In this document: positions 8,789-17,311 of the stretch, piece after piece
Layout: each line of letters starts with the position of its first letter
How positions within the stretch are numbered: the stretch's first letter is position 1
DNA from: an uncultured Desulfobacter sp.
Lineage (GTDB): Bacteria > Desulfobacterota > Desulfobacteria > Desulfobacterales > Desulfobacteraceae
DNA length: 64,000 nt
Assembly (NCBI GenBank): GCA_963665095.1
Contig: OY762069.1
Span: 544,001 to 608,000 of the forward strand
Direction: 5' to 3'
Notes under the pieces: generated by a model
Database searches by the model: none
The model's input: the letters and a program-made list of their open reading frames with translations, nothing else
What the model was told of the DNA's origin: nothing
Made by a program: the position numbers and the translations under genes

Positions 8789-10699
8789 ATGGGACTCAAA
8801 GAAGAACTGGAAGAGAAAGCGGAAAGTTGTGATGCGCCGGAAGAGTACATTGGTGTAGCCAAAGAGATTGCTGAAGGCCTGGATGATAAAAACTGGGCCA
8901 TGGAGCTTATGGAAGAGGGAGCTGAATGGGCCCAGGCCTGGGATGAAGTCGTTGTGTATGCTGAGGCAGCCAAGGAATTCCTGGATGATGACGCCGCCAC
9001 CACTTTTCTGCAGAACGGCAAAATGCTGTGCATGAGTGCGGCTGATTTTATCGGTCTGGGGAGTGCTGCCGGAAAACTTGGCCTGGAAGATGTGGCCAAG
9101 GAGATGAACGAAGCAGCCATGGGTAAATGCACCAAGCTCACTGATTTCCTGAATCTGAGCAATGAACTGGCCAAAACTGATCCGGATATGGCCAAACAGG
9201 TCATGGATAAGGCCTTTGAAAAATGCACCAAGCCTGAAGATTTTGTCTCTTTTGCCAAATCCATCCTGGACAGCACCAAGGACAAGGACAAAGCCAAAGA
9301 GATCTATGAAAAGGGCATGGCTGCGGCCACAACTGCTGATGGATTTAATGCGCTGGCCGCAGGTGCCGTAAAAGATCTGGGAGATAAAGATCTGGCACGT
9401 GCCATTTTTGAAAAAGCCCTGGGTTCACTGGAAAAAGGGGATGAACTGCTCAAGTTTGCTGAAATTGTTAAAGCCCAGCTGGATGACGCTGATTTTGTTC
9501 TGTCCGTATATAAAAAGGCAGAGGCCCAGTACAAGGCGTTTGCTGATTACCTGAAACTGGCCAAAGCAAGTTTTGAAAATACCGGTGATAAAGCCTTTGC
9601 CTCCAGTATTTACCAGAAAGCTGCTGCCACCAATCCGGACTGTGCCCAGCTGGTATCACTGGCCCTTGCCATGGCAAAGGACCTTGGTGACACTGAAGCC
9701 GCTCTGCCCGTATTGAAACAGGCCCAGGCTGCTGTGAAAAACAACGAGGATTTCATTAAAACCGCAGATGCCATCCTTGAAGTGGCCAAGGACGACAAAG
9801 CATGGACAGAGGCCATTGCCTTCCAGAAAGCCAAACGTGAAGAGTTCGGCAAGCTGTACAATGATTTTGCCTTAAGGGAAAACGAATACAAAAATTGTTC
9901 TCCCATGCGTAAGCTTGCGGCTGAAGTGGTCCAGGAGACCGGAGATACCTATTATGCTGCCAAACTGTATAAAAAAGCCGAAAAGCTTACCATCAATTTC
10001 AGCGATTTTATCAAGCTGGCCTCTGCAATTCATGCAGACCTGAAAGACGCGGAGTGGATCAAGGAAATTTATACCGCACTGCTGGATAAATGCAAAAGTT
10101 ATGGCGACTACAACACGCTGACAACCGCTATCCAGGATACATTGGGTGACAGTGACTGGATCAGGGCAATCTACACAGATCTTGAAAAGAAAGCCTCGGG
10201 CAACGGTGATCTGATCAAGCTTGCCTCTGTGGCCGCTAAAAAGTTCAATGATATGGAATGGGCAAAGAAGCTGGTGGATGCCGCTGCTGCCAAGTGCAAG
10301 AACCTTTACGATTACACCTTTGTGGCAGGCGCTGCCTTAAATATCCTGAAAGACCGGGATCAGGCCCTGAAGCTCTATGAATCTGCCGAAGCCCTTTGCA
10401 ATGACAGACTGGAATATGCAAAGCTGGTGGAACTGGTCAAAAGCCAGGCCTCAGACAAGAGCATCCTCTCCTATCTGCTGAATCTGGCCCGTAAAAAGCT
10501 GACCGGGTTCAATGATCTGATTTTCCTGGCTGAAACCTGCCTGGTTGCAGCCGGCGATGCCCAGACCGCTGCGATTGTGTATGAGGAGGCAGAGCAGAAA
10601 GCCCTGACCAACGAAGCCTTGTCATGCCTGGGCACCAGTGTGGCAGGGCGTTTGAACGATGCTAAGTGGGCCTCCCGCATCCTGGCAAAGATTGGGTAA
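8789..10699 (+). CDS. Uncharacterised alpha-solenoid protein, ~18 repeats of ~34 aa (TPR-like period)
   Basis: Recurring D(F/Y)xxLAxxxxxxLxDxxWAxxIYxKAxxxC pattern; GGAGAG RBS; no signal peptide or TM. Confidence 0.85.
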   Translation: MGLKEELEEKAESCDAPEEYIGVAKEIAEGLDDKNWAMELMEEGAEWAQAWDEVVVYAEAAKEFLDDDAATTFLQNGKMLCMSAADFIGLGSAAGKLGLEDVAKEMNEAAMGKCTKLTDFLNLSNELAKTDPDMAKQVMDKAFEKCTKPEDFVSFAKSILDSTKDKDKAKEIYEKGMAAATTADGFNALAAGAVKDLGDKDLARAIFEKALGSLEKGDELLKFAEIVKAQLDDADFVLSVYKKAEAQYKAFADYLKLAKASFENTGDKAFASSIYQKAAATNPDCAQLVSLALAMAKDLGDTEAALPVLKQAQAAVKNNEDFIKTADAILEVAKDDKAWTEAIAFQKAKREEFGKLYNDFALRENEYKNCSPMRKLAAEVVQETGDTYYAAKLYKKAEKLTINFSDFIKLASAIHADLKDAEWIKEIYTALLDKCKSYGDYNTLTTAIQDTLGDSDWIRAIYTDLEKKASGNGDLIKLASVAAKKFNDMEWAKKLVDAAAAKCKNLYDYTFVAGAALNILKDRDQALKLYESAEALCNDRLEYAKLVELVKSQASDKSILSYLLNLARKKLTGFNDLIFLAETCLVAAGDAQTAAIVYEEAEQKALTNEALSCLGTSVAGRLNDAKWASRILAKIG

Positions 10700-10730
10700 A
10701 AATAAAAGTTATGTATATTAAACTTTTTTG

Positions 10731-10758
10731 TTGACATAAGATAAAATTATGGTAGGTT
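10731..10758 (+). promoter_or_regulatory. sigma70 promoter with no downstream CDS
   Basis: TTGACA-16 nt-TAGGTT with TGn extended -10. Confidence 0.6.
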
Positions 10759-10764
10759 GTCATT

Positions 10765-10863
10765 AACGCCACTTTTTGATTTTCAAAAACTGGCTGCATA
10801 ACCTCCTTATTATCCTTAAAAGATCAGCCGCCGGCCTTGCCACCTGGCGGCTGATCTTTTTTT
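10765..10863 (+). ncRNA. Candidate ~100-nt sRNA with anti-SD seed
   Basis: 5' hairpin GCCAcTTTTTGA-TTT-TCAAAAAcTGGC, unpaired ACCTCCTTA, then terminator AAAAGATCAGCCGCC...GGCGGCTGATCTTTTTTT. Confidence 0.55.
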
Positions 10864-10871
10864 GTTCCAGC

Positions 10872-10915
10872 AAAAAAATGCCCGTATCCTTTTATTCGGG
10901 GAATACGGGCATTTT
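10872..10915 (-). terminator. Intrinsic terminator for the DUF5320-like gene
   Basis: AAAATGCCCGTAT/ATACGGGCATTTT stem with T-run on the minus strand. Confidence 0.75.
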
Positions 10916-10964
10916 GGGTTCAGGTCCGTGGCAGGCATGCACGGGCCTGGGTTTTTAATCCATC

Positions 10965-11282
10965 TTAATCTGTGTCGTCCTGTGACCGGGCGTTGAGTTG
11001 GGCTTTAACTGTATTCAACTCGTCTTCCAGTATCCTGGCCCTGTCCTGGAGCTCCGCTTCCGTACTGGCGGCAGGGGCTGCGGCATATCCAAATTCGCGG
11101 CCCATACCTCGACCGCCGCCACCTCCTCCTCCGGCACCTCTGCGGCATCCTCTGCCGCCACGGCCCGCTGCAAATCCACCGCCGCCGCGCCCCTGGGTTA
11201 TGTTCGGGTTCTGGCAGACGCCCTGGCCCCGTCCGGTCATGGGTCCCTGTCCCTGAGGTCCTCTCTGGTTTAATCCTGGCAT
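10965..11282 (-). CDS. DUF5320-like Gly/Arg-rich small protein
   Basis: MPGLNQRGPQGQGPMTGRGQGVC start, GR-rich middle, C-terminal coiled coil; AGGAGG RBS sets the start at 11282. Confidence 0.85.
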   Translation of the reverse strand: MPGLNQRGPQGQGPMTGRGQGVCQNPNITQGRGGGGFAAGRGGRGCRRGAGGGGGGGRGMGREFGYAAAPAASTEAELQDRARILEDELNTVKAQLNARSQDDTD

Positions 11283-11302
11283 AATGTTCCTCCTTTGTGT
11301 TG

Positions 11303-11375
11303 TTTTGGTCATTTGATCAAAATATAGGGACGAGTCTTTATTGTGTCAAGAGTAATTTTGATCATTTGATCAAAA
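11303..11375 (-). promoter_or_regulatory. sigma70 promoter bracketed by two palindromic operators
   Basis: Minus-strand TTGACA(11349-11344)-17-TATATT(11326-11321); TTTTG(A/G)TCA-TT-TGATCAAAA at 11303-11322 and 11356-11375. Confidence 0.75.
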
Positions 11376-11636
11376 TTTTTTGCAATATATTGAAATTAAG
11401 ATTTTTTTTTAAGAGCGATAAATATCTTATTTTGGGCACTGTTCTCTGAGGGTCTGCCTGATATAGGGCCGAATCAAGTCGATCATATGCTGTCTTAAAC
11501 AGGGTGATATTTCTGAACCTTTCCTTGACAAGTGAGGTTTCATTATCCTAATTTGAAGGCGAAAAAATAAAAATTGGGGATTTTCGCAGTTAACTCTTTT
11601 AATTCTTTAAATTTGAAGCAAAAAAAGGAGATGAAA

Positions 11637-12614
11637 ATGAGAAAAGCTCTTGTTGCAATCATGGCCCTTGTCATTGGTGTTGGTTTTTCAGTAATAACCA
11701 CCCCGGCCCAGGCAAAAGTCACCTTTGTTACCATTGGCACCGGCGGTATTACCGGTGTGTACTACCCAACAGGTGGCGCCATCGCCAAAATGGTCAATGC
11801 CAAACGAAAAGAGTATGGAATTCGGGCAACCGTGGAGTCCACGGGTGGATCTGTGTTTAACATTAATGCCATCATGGCAGGCGACCTGGAATTCGGCGTG
11901 GCACAGTCTGACCGTCAGTATCAGGCCTGGAAAGGCATTGCAGACTGGAAAGACAAAGGTCCCCAAAAGGATTTAAGAGCTGTATTCTCAATCCATCCGG
12001 AAACCCTTGACCTGATCGCGGCAGTGGATGCCGGGATAAATACGCTCCAGGACCTCAAGGGCAAACGGGTAAACGTGGGCAACGTGGGATCCGGCTACAG
12101 GAAAAACGCCATTGATGCCCTGACTGCCAACGGTATTGATTTTGAAAAAGATTTTCATGCTGAAAGCCTGAAAGCTGCCGAAGCCCCCGGACTGATCCAG
12201 GACGGCCGGATTGATGCGGCATTTTATACGGTGGGCCATCCCAGCGGGTATTATAAGGAAGCCACCTCCGGCACCCGTAAGGTAAAATTTGTCCCCATCA
12301 CAGGCATTGACAGTCTGCTGGATAAATACCCCTATTATGCCAAAGCCGTTACCCAGGTAACCAAGTACTACCCTGGTGCTGCCAATACTGAGGATGTGGA
12401 AACCTTTGGCGTGAAAGCCACTTTTGTGACCTCAGCCAAAGTATCGGACGATGTGGTTTACGCCATTGTCAAAGAGGTGTTTGATAATTTTGAAACCTTT
12501 AAAAAACTGCATCCGGCTTACGGCGGCCTGACCAAGCAAAACATGCTTGAAGGCCTGTCTGCTCCCATTCATCCAGGCGCCATGAAGTACTACAAGGAAG
12601 CAGGCCTCAAATAA
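11637..12614 (+). CDS. TAXI-family TRAP transporter solute-binding protein
   Basis: Signal peptide; TIGTGGITGVYYPTG, STGGSVFN, QSD, PIHPGA motifs; start set by AAGGAG. Confidence 0.93.
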   Translation: MRKALVAIMALVIGVGFSVITTPAQAKVTFVTIGTGGITGVYYPTGGAIAKMVNAKRKEYGIRATVESTGGSVFNINAIMAGDLEFGVAQSDRQYQAWKGIADWKDKGPQKDLRAVFSIHPETLDLIAAVDAGINTLQDLKGKRVNVGNVGSGYRKNAIDALTANGIDFEKDFHAESLKAAEAPGLIQDGRIDAAFYTVGHPSGYYKEATSGTRKVKFVPITGIDSLLDKYPYYAKAVTQVTKYYPGAANTEDVETFGVKATFVTSAKVSDDVVYAIVKEVFDNFETFKKLHPAYGGLTKQNMLEGLSAPIHPGAMKYYKEAGLK

Positions 12615-12749
12615 ATCTGCTCAGTATTCTTTGACAGGCAGCGGGTCAATTACCGCCGCTGCCTGCTCCCAGTCCATCGCATTTGACGTATTCCGGCCCG
12701 GCGTCAGGGCTTAAACATCATTTCACAAATATCATATGGGACAGATATT

Positions 12750-14819
12750 ATGAGCCGAATTAAGATTGACGAACAGGACGACGGCCTGGAACTTGCCAGG
12801 CGGATGGCAGAGGAGGAAGAGGGTATCGGGCGCAGACCCCAAGGTCCTGCCCGGTGGGTTATTCCGTCAGTCTGTGTGGCATGGAGCGCCTTTCAGTTGT
12901 CCATTGCCAGCTGGCTGATGATGGATTCAACATTTATTCGTGCTATTCATCTATGCTTTGCGCTCCTGGTTGTTTATCTGAACTACCCCATGTTCAAGAA
13001 ACCTAAATTCGGCCTTAAGTTCCTGTCCAGAAGAAACCGGATTCCTGTCATTGATTATATCATTGCCGCAGTGGCAGCTTTTGCCGCCCTTTACATCGCC
13101 ATTGATTACGACGGGATGACATTAAGATACGGCGCCCCCATTTTTCGGGATCTGCTTTTAGGTGCGCTTCTGGTCGTGATGCTGCTGGAAGCCACCCGGC
13201 GTGTCATAGGGCCTGCTTTGCCGGTCATCGGCCTTGTCTTTATCTCCTACGCATTTCTTGGCCCCCATATGCCCGATCTGATTGCTTTTAAAGGGGTCTC
13301 TTTAAACCGGTTTGTGGGGCAGATGACCATGTCCACGGAAGGCATATACGGGATTCCCCTGGATGTCTCCGCCACCATTGTGTTTCTGTTTGTGCTGTTC
13401 GGCGCCATGCTGGACAAGGCCGGTGCCGGCCATTACTTTATCCAGCTGGCATTAAGTCTTTTGGGTGGATTTAAAGGCGGACCCGCCAAAGCGGCCATCC
13501 TGGGAAGCGGTTTGACAGGCCTTGTGTCCGGGTCCAGCATTGCAAATATCGTTACCACGGGAACCTTTACCATTCCTCTGATGAAAAAGGTCGGTTATCC
13601 GGCCAAAAAGGCGGCAGCCGTGGAGGTTGCGGCAAGTACGGATGGCCAGCTGGCACCGCCCATCATGGGGGCAGCCGCCTTTATCATTGCCGAATACGTA
13701 AATGTCCCCTATGTGGAGGTCATTAAGGCGGCAGCCATCCCTGCTTTTGCCTCTTATGCCGCTCTGTTTTACATCACCCATATTGAAGCGTCCAAGCTCG
13801 GGCTTAAGGGCATGCCAAGGGAAGAACTGCCCCCGTTTTTTAAAACCCTGATTTCAGGCGCCCATTATCTTTTGCCCCTGTTTCTGCTTTTGTATGAACT
13901 GATCGTTGTCCGACACTCTCCGGAGCTAGCCGCATTCCGGGCCATCTGCCTGATGTCCGTGGTCATGCTGCTTCAGCGTCCGGTCCGGGCCTGTTTGCGC
14001 AAAGAGGCCATGGGACCGGCGTTGCGAAAGAGTGTTGAAGATATTTTTGCAGCGCTTGCCGCCGGCGGCCGAAACATGGTGTCGGTGGCCCTTGCCACGG
14101 CAGCCGCCGGTATCATCGTCGGCGTTGTGGCCTTAGGGCTTGGGCAGTTGATCACTGCCATTATCGATACCCTTTCCGGCGGAAATATCTTTTTTATGCT
14201 GGTTATCACCGCTGTGGCCAGCCTGATTATCGGCATGGGGCTGCCCACCACAGCCACTTATATTGTCATGGCCTCATTAACTGCGCCGGCCATTGTTGAG
14301 ATCGGTGCCATGAACGACTTTATCGTGCCTTTGATGTCAGCCCATCTTTTCTGTTTTTATTTTGGGATACTGGCTGATGACACACCGCCGGTGGGACTTG
14401 CCGCATACGCAGCCGCAGCCATTGCCAAGTCGCCACCCATTCCAACGGGGATTCAGGGGTTTATGTACGATATCAGAACCGCCATTCTGCCATTCATGTT
14501 TATTTTTAATGCGGACCTGATTCTGGAGAACATTACCAGCTGGACCCAGGGCATTTTAATCTTTGTTATGGCCTGTGTGGGGAATTTTGCATTTGCCTCG
14601 GCCACCCAGGGATGGTTTGTGGCCAGAAACAAAATCTGGGAAATTCCGTTTTTCTTTTGTGTCACCATAAGCCTGATGCGGCCGGACCTGATTGCAACTT
14701 TAACCGGCATTCCCCAGAGCCAGCGGTACTGGACCTATCTCATCGGTCTGCTCATTTTCGGCCTGCTCTATGTAATCCAGCGGCCCCGGCGTCCCAGTGA
14801 TGACCAGGTGCCTGCCTAA
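12750..14819 (+). CDS. TRAP transporter fused 4TM/12TM permease
   Basis: EGIYGIP, GGPAK, SGSSIAN, PPIMGAAAF, GMGLPTTA, TPPVG motifs. Confidence 0.93.
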   Translation: MSRIKIDEQDDGLELARRMAEEEEGIGRRPQGPARWVIPSVCVAWSAFQLSIASWLMMDSTFIRAIHLCFALLVVYLNYPMFKKPKFGLKFLSRRNRIPVIDYIIAAVAAFAALYIAIDYDGMTLRYGAPIFRDLLLGALLVVMLLEATRRVIGPALPVIGLVFISYAFLGPHMPDLIAFKGVSLNRFVGQMTMSTEGIYGIPLDVSATIVFLFVLFGAMLDKAGAGHYFIQLALSLLGGFKGGPAKAAILGSGLTGLVSGSSIANIVTTGTFTIPLMKKVGYPAKKAAAVEVAASTDGQLAPPIMGAAAFIIAEYVNVPYVEVIKAAAIPAFASYAALFYITHIEASKLGLKGMPREELPPFFKTLISGAHYLLPLFLLLYELIVVRHSPELAAFRAICLMSVVMLLQRPVRACLRKEAMGPALRKSVEDIFAALAAGGRNMVSVALATAAAGIIVGVVALGLGQLITAIIDTLSGGNIFFMLVITAVASLIIGMGLPTTATYIVMASLTAPAIVEIGAMNDFIVPLMSAHLFCFYFGILADDTPPVGLAAYAAAAIAKSPPIPTGIQGFMYDIRTAILPFMFIFNADLILENITSWTQGILIFVMACVGNFAFASATQGWFVARNKIWEIPFFFCVTISLMRPDLIATLTGIPQSQRYWTYLIGLLIFGLLYVIQRPRRPSDDQVPA

Positions 14820-14839
14820 CCCCTAAAAGGAGTCCTTCA

Positions 14840-15337
14840 ATGACAGGGAGCATAAAAAGAATTCTGGTGGCCCTGGAGTTTTCAGATTACACCAGGGAAA
14901 CCTTTGACTATGCAGTGAGCCTTGCTGACAGTTTCGGGGCGGAACTGATCATTGGCAGCATTATCAGCGACAGGGATGTTGAGGCGGTGGGACTGATCTC
15001 CTCCATGGGCTATGAGGTGGATGGCGAACATTATATCAAGGAGGTCAAGGCCCAGCGGCGCGCCGAGCTTGAGACCATCCTGGAAACCTCCCCTTATACC
15101 CAAGACCATATCCGCCTGATTTTCAAGGTGGGCCATCCTGTGGAAAAACTGCTCAGGATGATTGTTCAGGAAAAGGTGGATCTCGTGGTCATGGGAATCA
15201 AGGGCAGGGGCAGCGCAAAAAACGTTATGATCGGATCGGTTGCAGAAAAGATATTCAGGAAATCACCGGTTCCTGTTGTCTCGTTCAGGGACCCGGGGAG
15301 TGCGGAGCAGTTGAAAAAGCGGATCAGGCTTGACTGA
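14840..15337 (+). CDS. Universal stress protein
   Basis: KRILVA, DLVVMGIKGRG, GSVAEKI, PVPV; third gene of the TAXI operon. Confidence 0.9.
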   Translation: MTGSIKRILVALEFSDYTRETFDYAVSLADSFGAELIIGSIISDRDVEAVGLISSMGYEVDGEHYIKEVKAQRRAELETILETSPYTQDHIRLIFKVGHPVEKLLRMIVQEKVDLVVMGIKGRGSAKNVMIGSVAEKIFRKSPVPVVSFRDPGSAEQLKKRIRLD

Positions 15338-15383
15338 TCCGCCAGCTTATCCTCCAGTTCTGGCACACTGAAACGGCTTTGGT

Positions 15384-16229
15384 TTAGATCATCTTAAGAA
15401 TTCGGTCTTTGTTCGCTTTCTCAAGATTGAGAATCTGCCGGGCTTCGTCCGGAGATGCAATATCCCTTCCCACCTTGTCTGCAATAGATACAACCGTTTC
15501 CACAAGTTTCATGTTGGAGGCCTTTGATCCGTCAGGCATGAAAAGGTTGTCTTCAAGGCCCACCCGCACATGTCCCCCCATGGCAATGGCTGCCGCAGCC
15601 AGAGGAATTTCGCTCTTGCCAATGCCTGACACGGTCCAGGTGGCATCGGCCGGAATGCTGTCGCACAAAAAACAAAGATTTCTCACACGGCCCGGCATGG
15701 CCCCGGGTGCCCCCAAAACAAAATTAAAATGAAGCGGTGCTGATAAATAGCCTTTCTTCAGAAGAAACAGGGCGTTGCTGATCATGCCGGCCTCAAAAAT
15801 TTCGATTTCCGGCGTTACCCCGGTCTGCTTAAACACCCCGGCCAGAAATTCTATAAACTTGGGAGAGTTTTCATAGATGATGCCGGGCAGGTTGTTGGAC
15901 CCGGTGGTAAATGATGCCATTTCAGGCAACAGCCGCACCGGACATGCCCTGTCCTCCCACTCCTTGCCCGCTCTGGCCCCTGTGGAGAGCTGGAGGATCA
16001 CATCCGGGCAGACCTTTTTAACCTGCCTTGCAATGGATTTGTACACCTCAATATCCAGGCAGGGCAGTTCCCTTTCATCCCTTGCATGGATATGAAACAG
16101 ACTGGCCCCGGCCCGGGCACAGGCCTCAACATCCCCGGCAATCTGTTCCGGCGTGACCGGCAGGGCCGGATTCATTTCCCGGGTGGGAACATTACCGGTT
16201 AAAGCAGTTGTAATGATAAGTTTTTCCAA
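15384..16229 (-). CDS. Beta-keto acid cleavage enzyme (BKACE/DUF849, Kce family)
   Basis: LIITTALTG, LPVTPEQI, Zn ligands HIH and RVGLEDN; TTG start. Confidence 0.9.
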   Translation of the reverse strand: MEKLIITTALTGNVPTREMNPALPVTPEQIAGDVEACARAGASLFHIHARDERELPCLDIEVYKSIARQVKKVCPDVILQLSTGARAGKEWEDRACPVRLLPEMASFTTGSNNLPGIIYENSPKFIEFLAGVFKQTGVTPEIEIFEAGMISNALFLLKKGYLSAPLHFNFVLGAPGAMPGRVRNLCFLCDSIPADATWTVSGIGKSEIPLAAAAIAMGGHVRVGLEDNLFMPDGSKASNMKLVETVVSIADKVGRDIASPDEARQILNLEKANKDRILKMI

Positions 16230-16279
16230 AAAATCACCTTTTTTGACGGCACCCTTTGTCCGCTTCTATAAACAGCAGG

Positions 16280-16326
16280 TGTAATGATTGTTAATTTTTA
16301 TTAGAAATAATGTAATGTCTGTTGCA
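16280..16326. promoter_or_regulatory. Two candidate RpiR-family operator copies in the divergent intergenic region
   Basis: TGTAATGATTGTTAAT (16280) and TGTAATGTCTGTTGCA (16311), 31 bp apart. Confidence 0.4.
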
Positions 16327-16386
16327 GGTCAAGTTTTATTTTGTTATATTCGGCCAATACAGGCCACCAGATAAAGATTACACACC

Positions 16387-17301
16387 ATGCTTAGCTCAGA
16401 TTTGCTTATTCCCAAGAAACCGCTTCCTCACCTGACCCCTGCCCAGGAGAAGATACTTGAGTACCTGCTTGACCGTCCTGACAAGGTTGCATATATGAGC
16501 AGCGCTGAACTTGCCCTTTCCCTGGATATCTCCAATGCCACTGTGATCCGGTTCTGCCAGCACATCGGATTCAAGGGGTATCTGGATCTGCAACGCCACA
16601 TCAGGGAACTGATCAAGGCCCGGCTCACGTTGCCCCAGCGTCTGCAAAAGCAATCCTCGAATATCAGGGAGACCGGTGATATTTTAAGGACCGTATTAAA
16701 AAGTGACCAGGCCAATCTTACCAATGCCATGAAAAATGTATCACCGGCACTGTTTGAGCAGGTGGTCAATGAAGTTCACCAGCGCCGGGAGCTTTGGGTG
16801 CTGGGGCTGCGCTCTTTTTTCGGTCCGGCCCACAGTTTTGCCACTACCCTGGGGGTTCTGGCCAGGAAGGCCAATTTGATCACCCTGGATGCCGGTACTG
16901 TGTGGGACTATATCCAGCCAGGACTTCATGAGGATACCCTTTTGATCTCCATCTCCTTTCCCCGTTATTGCAGACTGACCCTGGATATCACCCGGCAGTT
17001 TTTTGACAGCGGGGCCAAAGTTGTGGCCCTCACAGATTCACACGCCTCCCCGCTGGCCCGTACCAGCAGCATGGTCATTCCTCTGCCCTGCTGGATTGAT
17101 TCGTTTTTTGAATCCCAGGTGGCAGTGACCAGTTTTTTTAACGCAGTGCTGGCAGGCGTCTCTTTTCTGGACGGAGCCAAGACCATGTCAAGACTCCAGC
17201 ATCTGGAAGAGATCTGGACCGAAAAACAGGTCTTTCTTGACCCCGGTGCAGGATTTTCTCCATCCTGGGCCGACCAGTTTACAGACAACCCGGAATCGTA
17301 A
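16387..17301 (+). CDS. MurR/RpiR-family transcriptional regulator
   Basis: HTH SNATVIRFCQHIGFKGY plus SIS domain (ISFPRY, LTDSHASPLA). Confidence 0.93.
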   Translation: MLSSDLLIPKKPLPHLTPAQEKILEYLLDRPDKVAYMSSAELALSLDISNATVIRFCQHIGFKGYLDLQRHIRELIKARLTLPQRLQKQSSNIRETGDILRTVLKSDQANLTNAMKNVSPALFEQVVNEVHQRRELWVLGLRSFFGPAHSFATTLGVLARKANLITLDAGTVWDYIQPGLHEDTLLISISFPRYCRLTLDITRQFFDSGAKVVALTDSHASPLARTSSMVIPLPCWIDSFFESQVAVTSFFNAVLAGVSFLDGAKTMSRLQHLEEIWTEKQVFLDPGAGFSPSWADQFTDNPES

Positions 17302-17311
17302 GGAACAGGAA

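Noticed and set aside
10660..10810. Minus-strand ~45-codon ORF after AAGGAGG (MQPVFENQK...) as the explanation for the CCTCCTT motif
   Set aside because: Only 2 nt between SD and ATG; it overlaps the 8789..10699 gene end and lies behind two strong hairpins with no visible promoter
11100..11190. GC-rich low-complexity repeat
   Set aside because: Explained by Gly/Arg codons of the DUF5320-like protein
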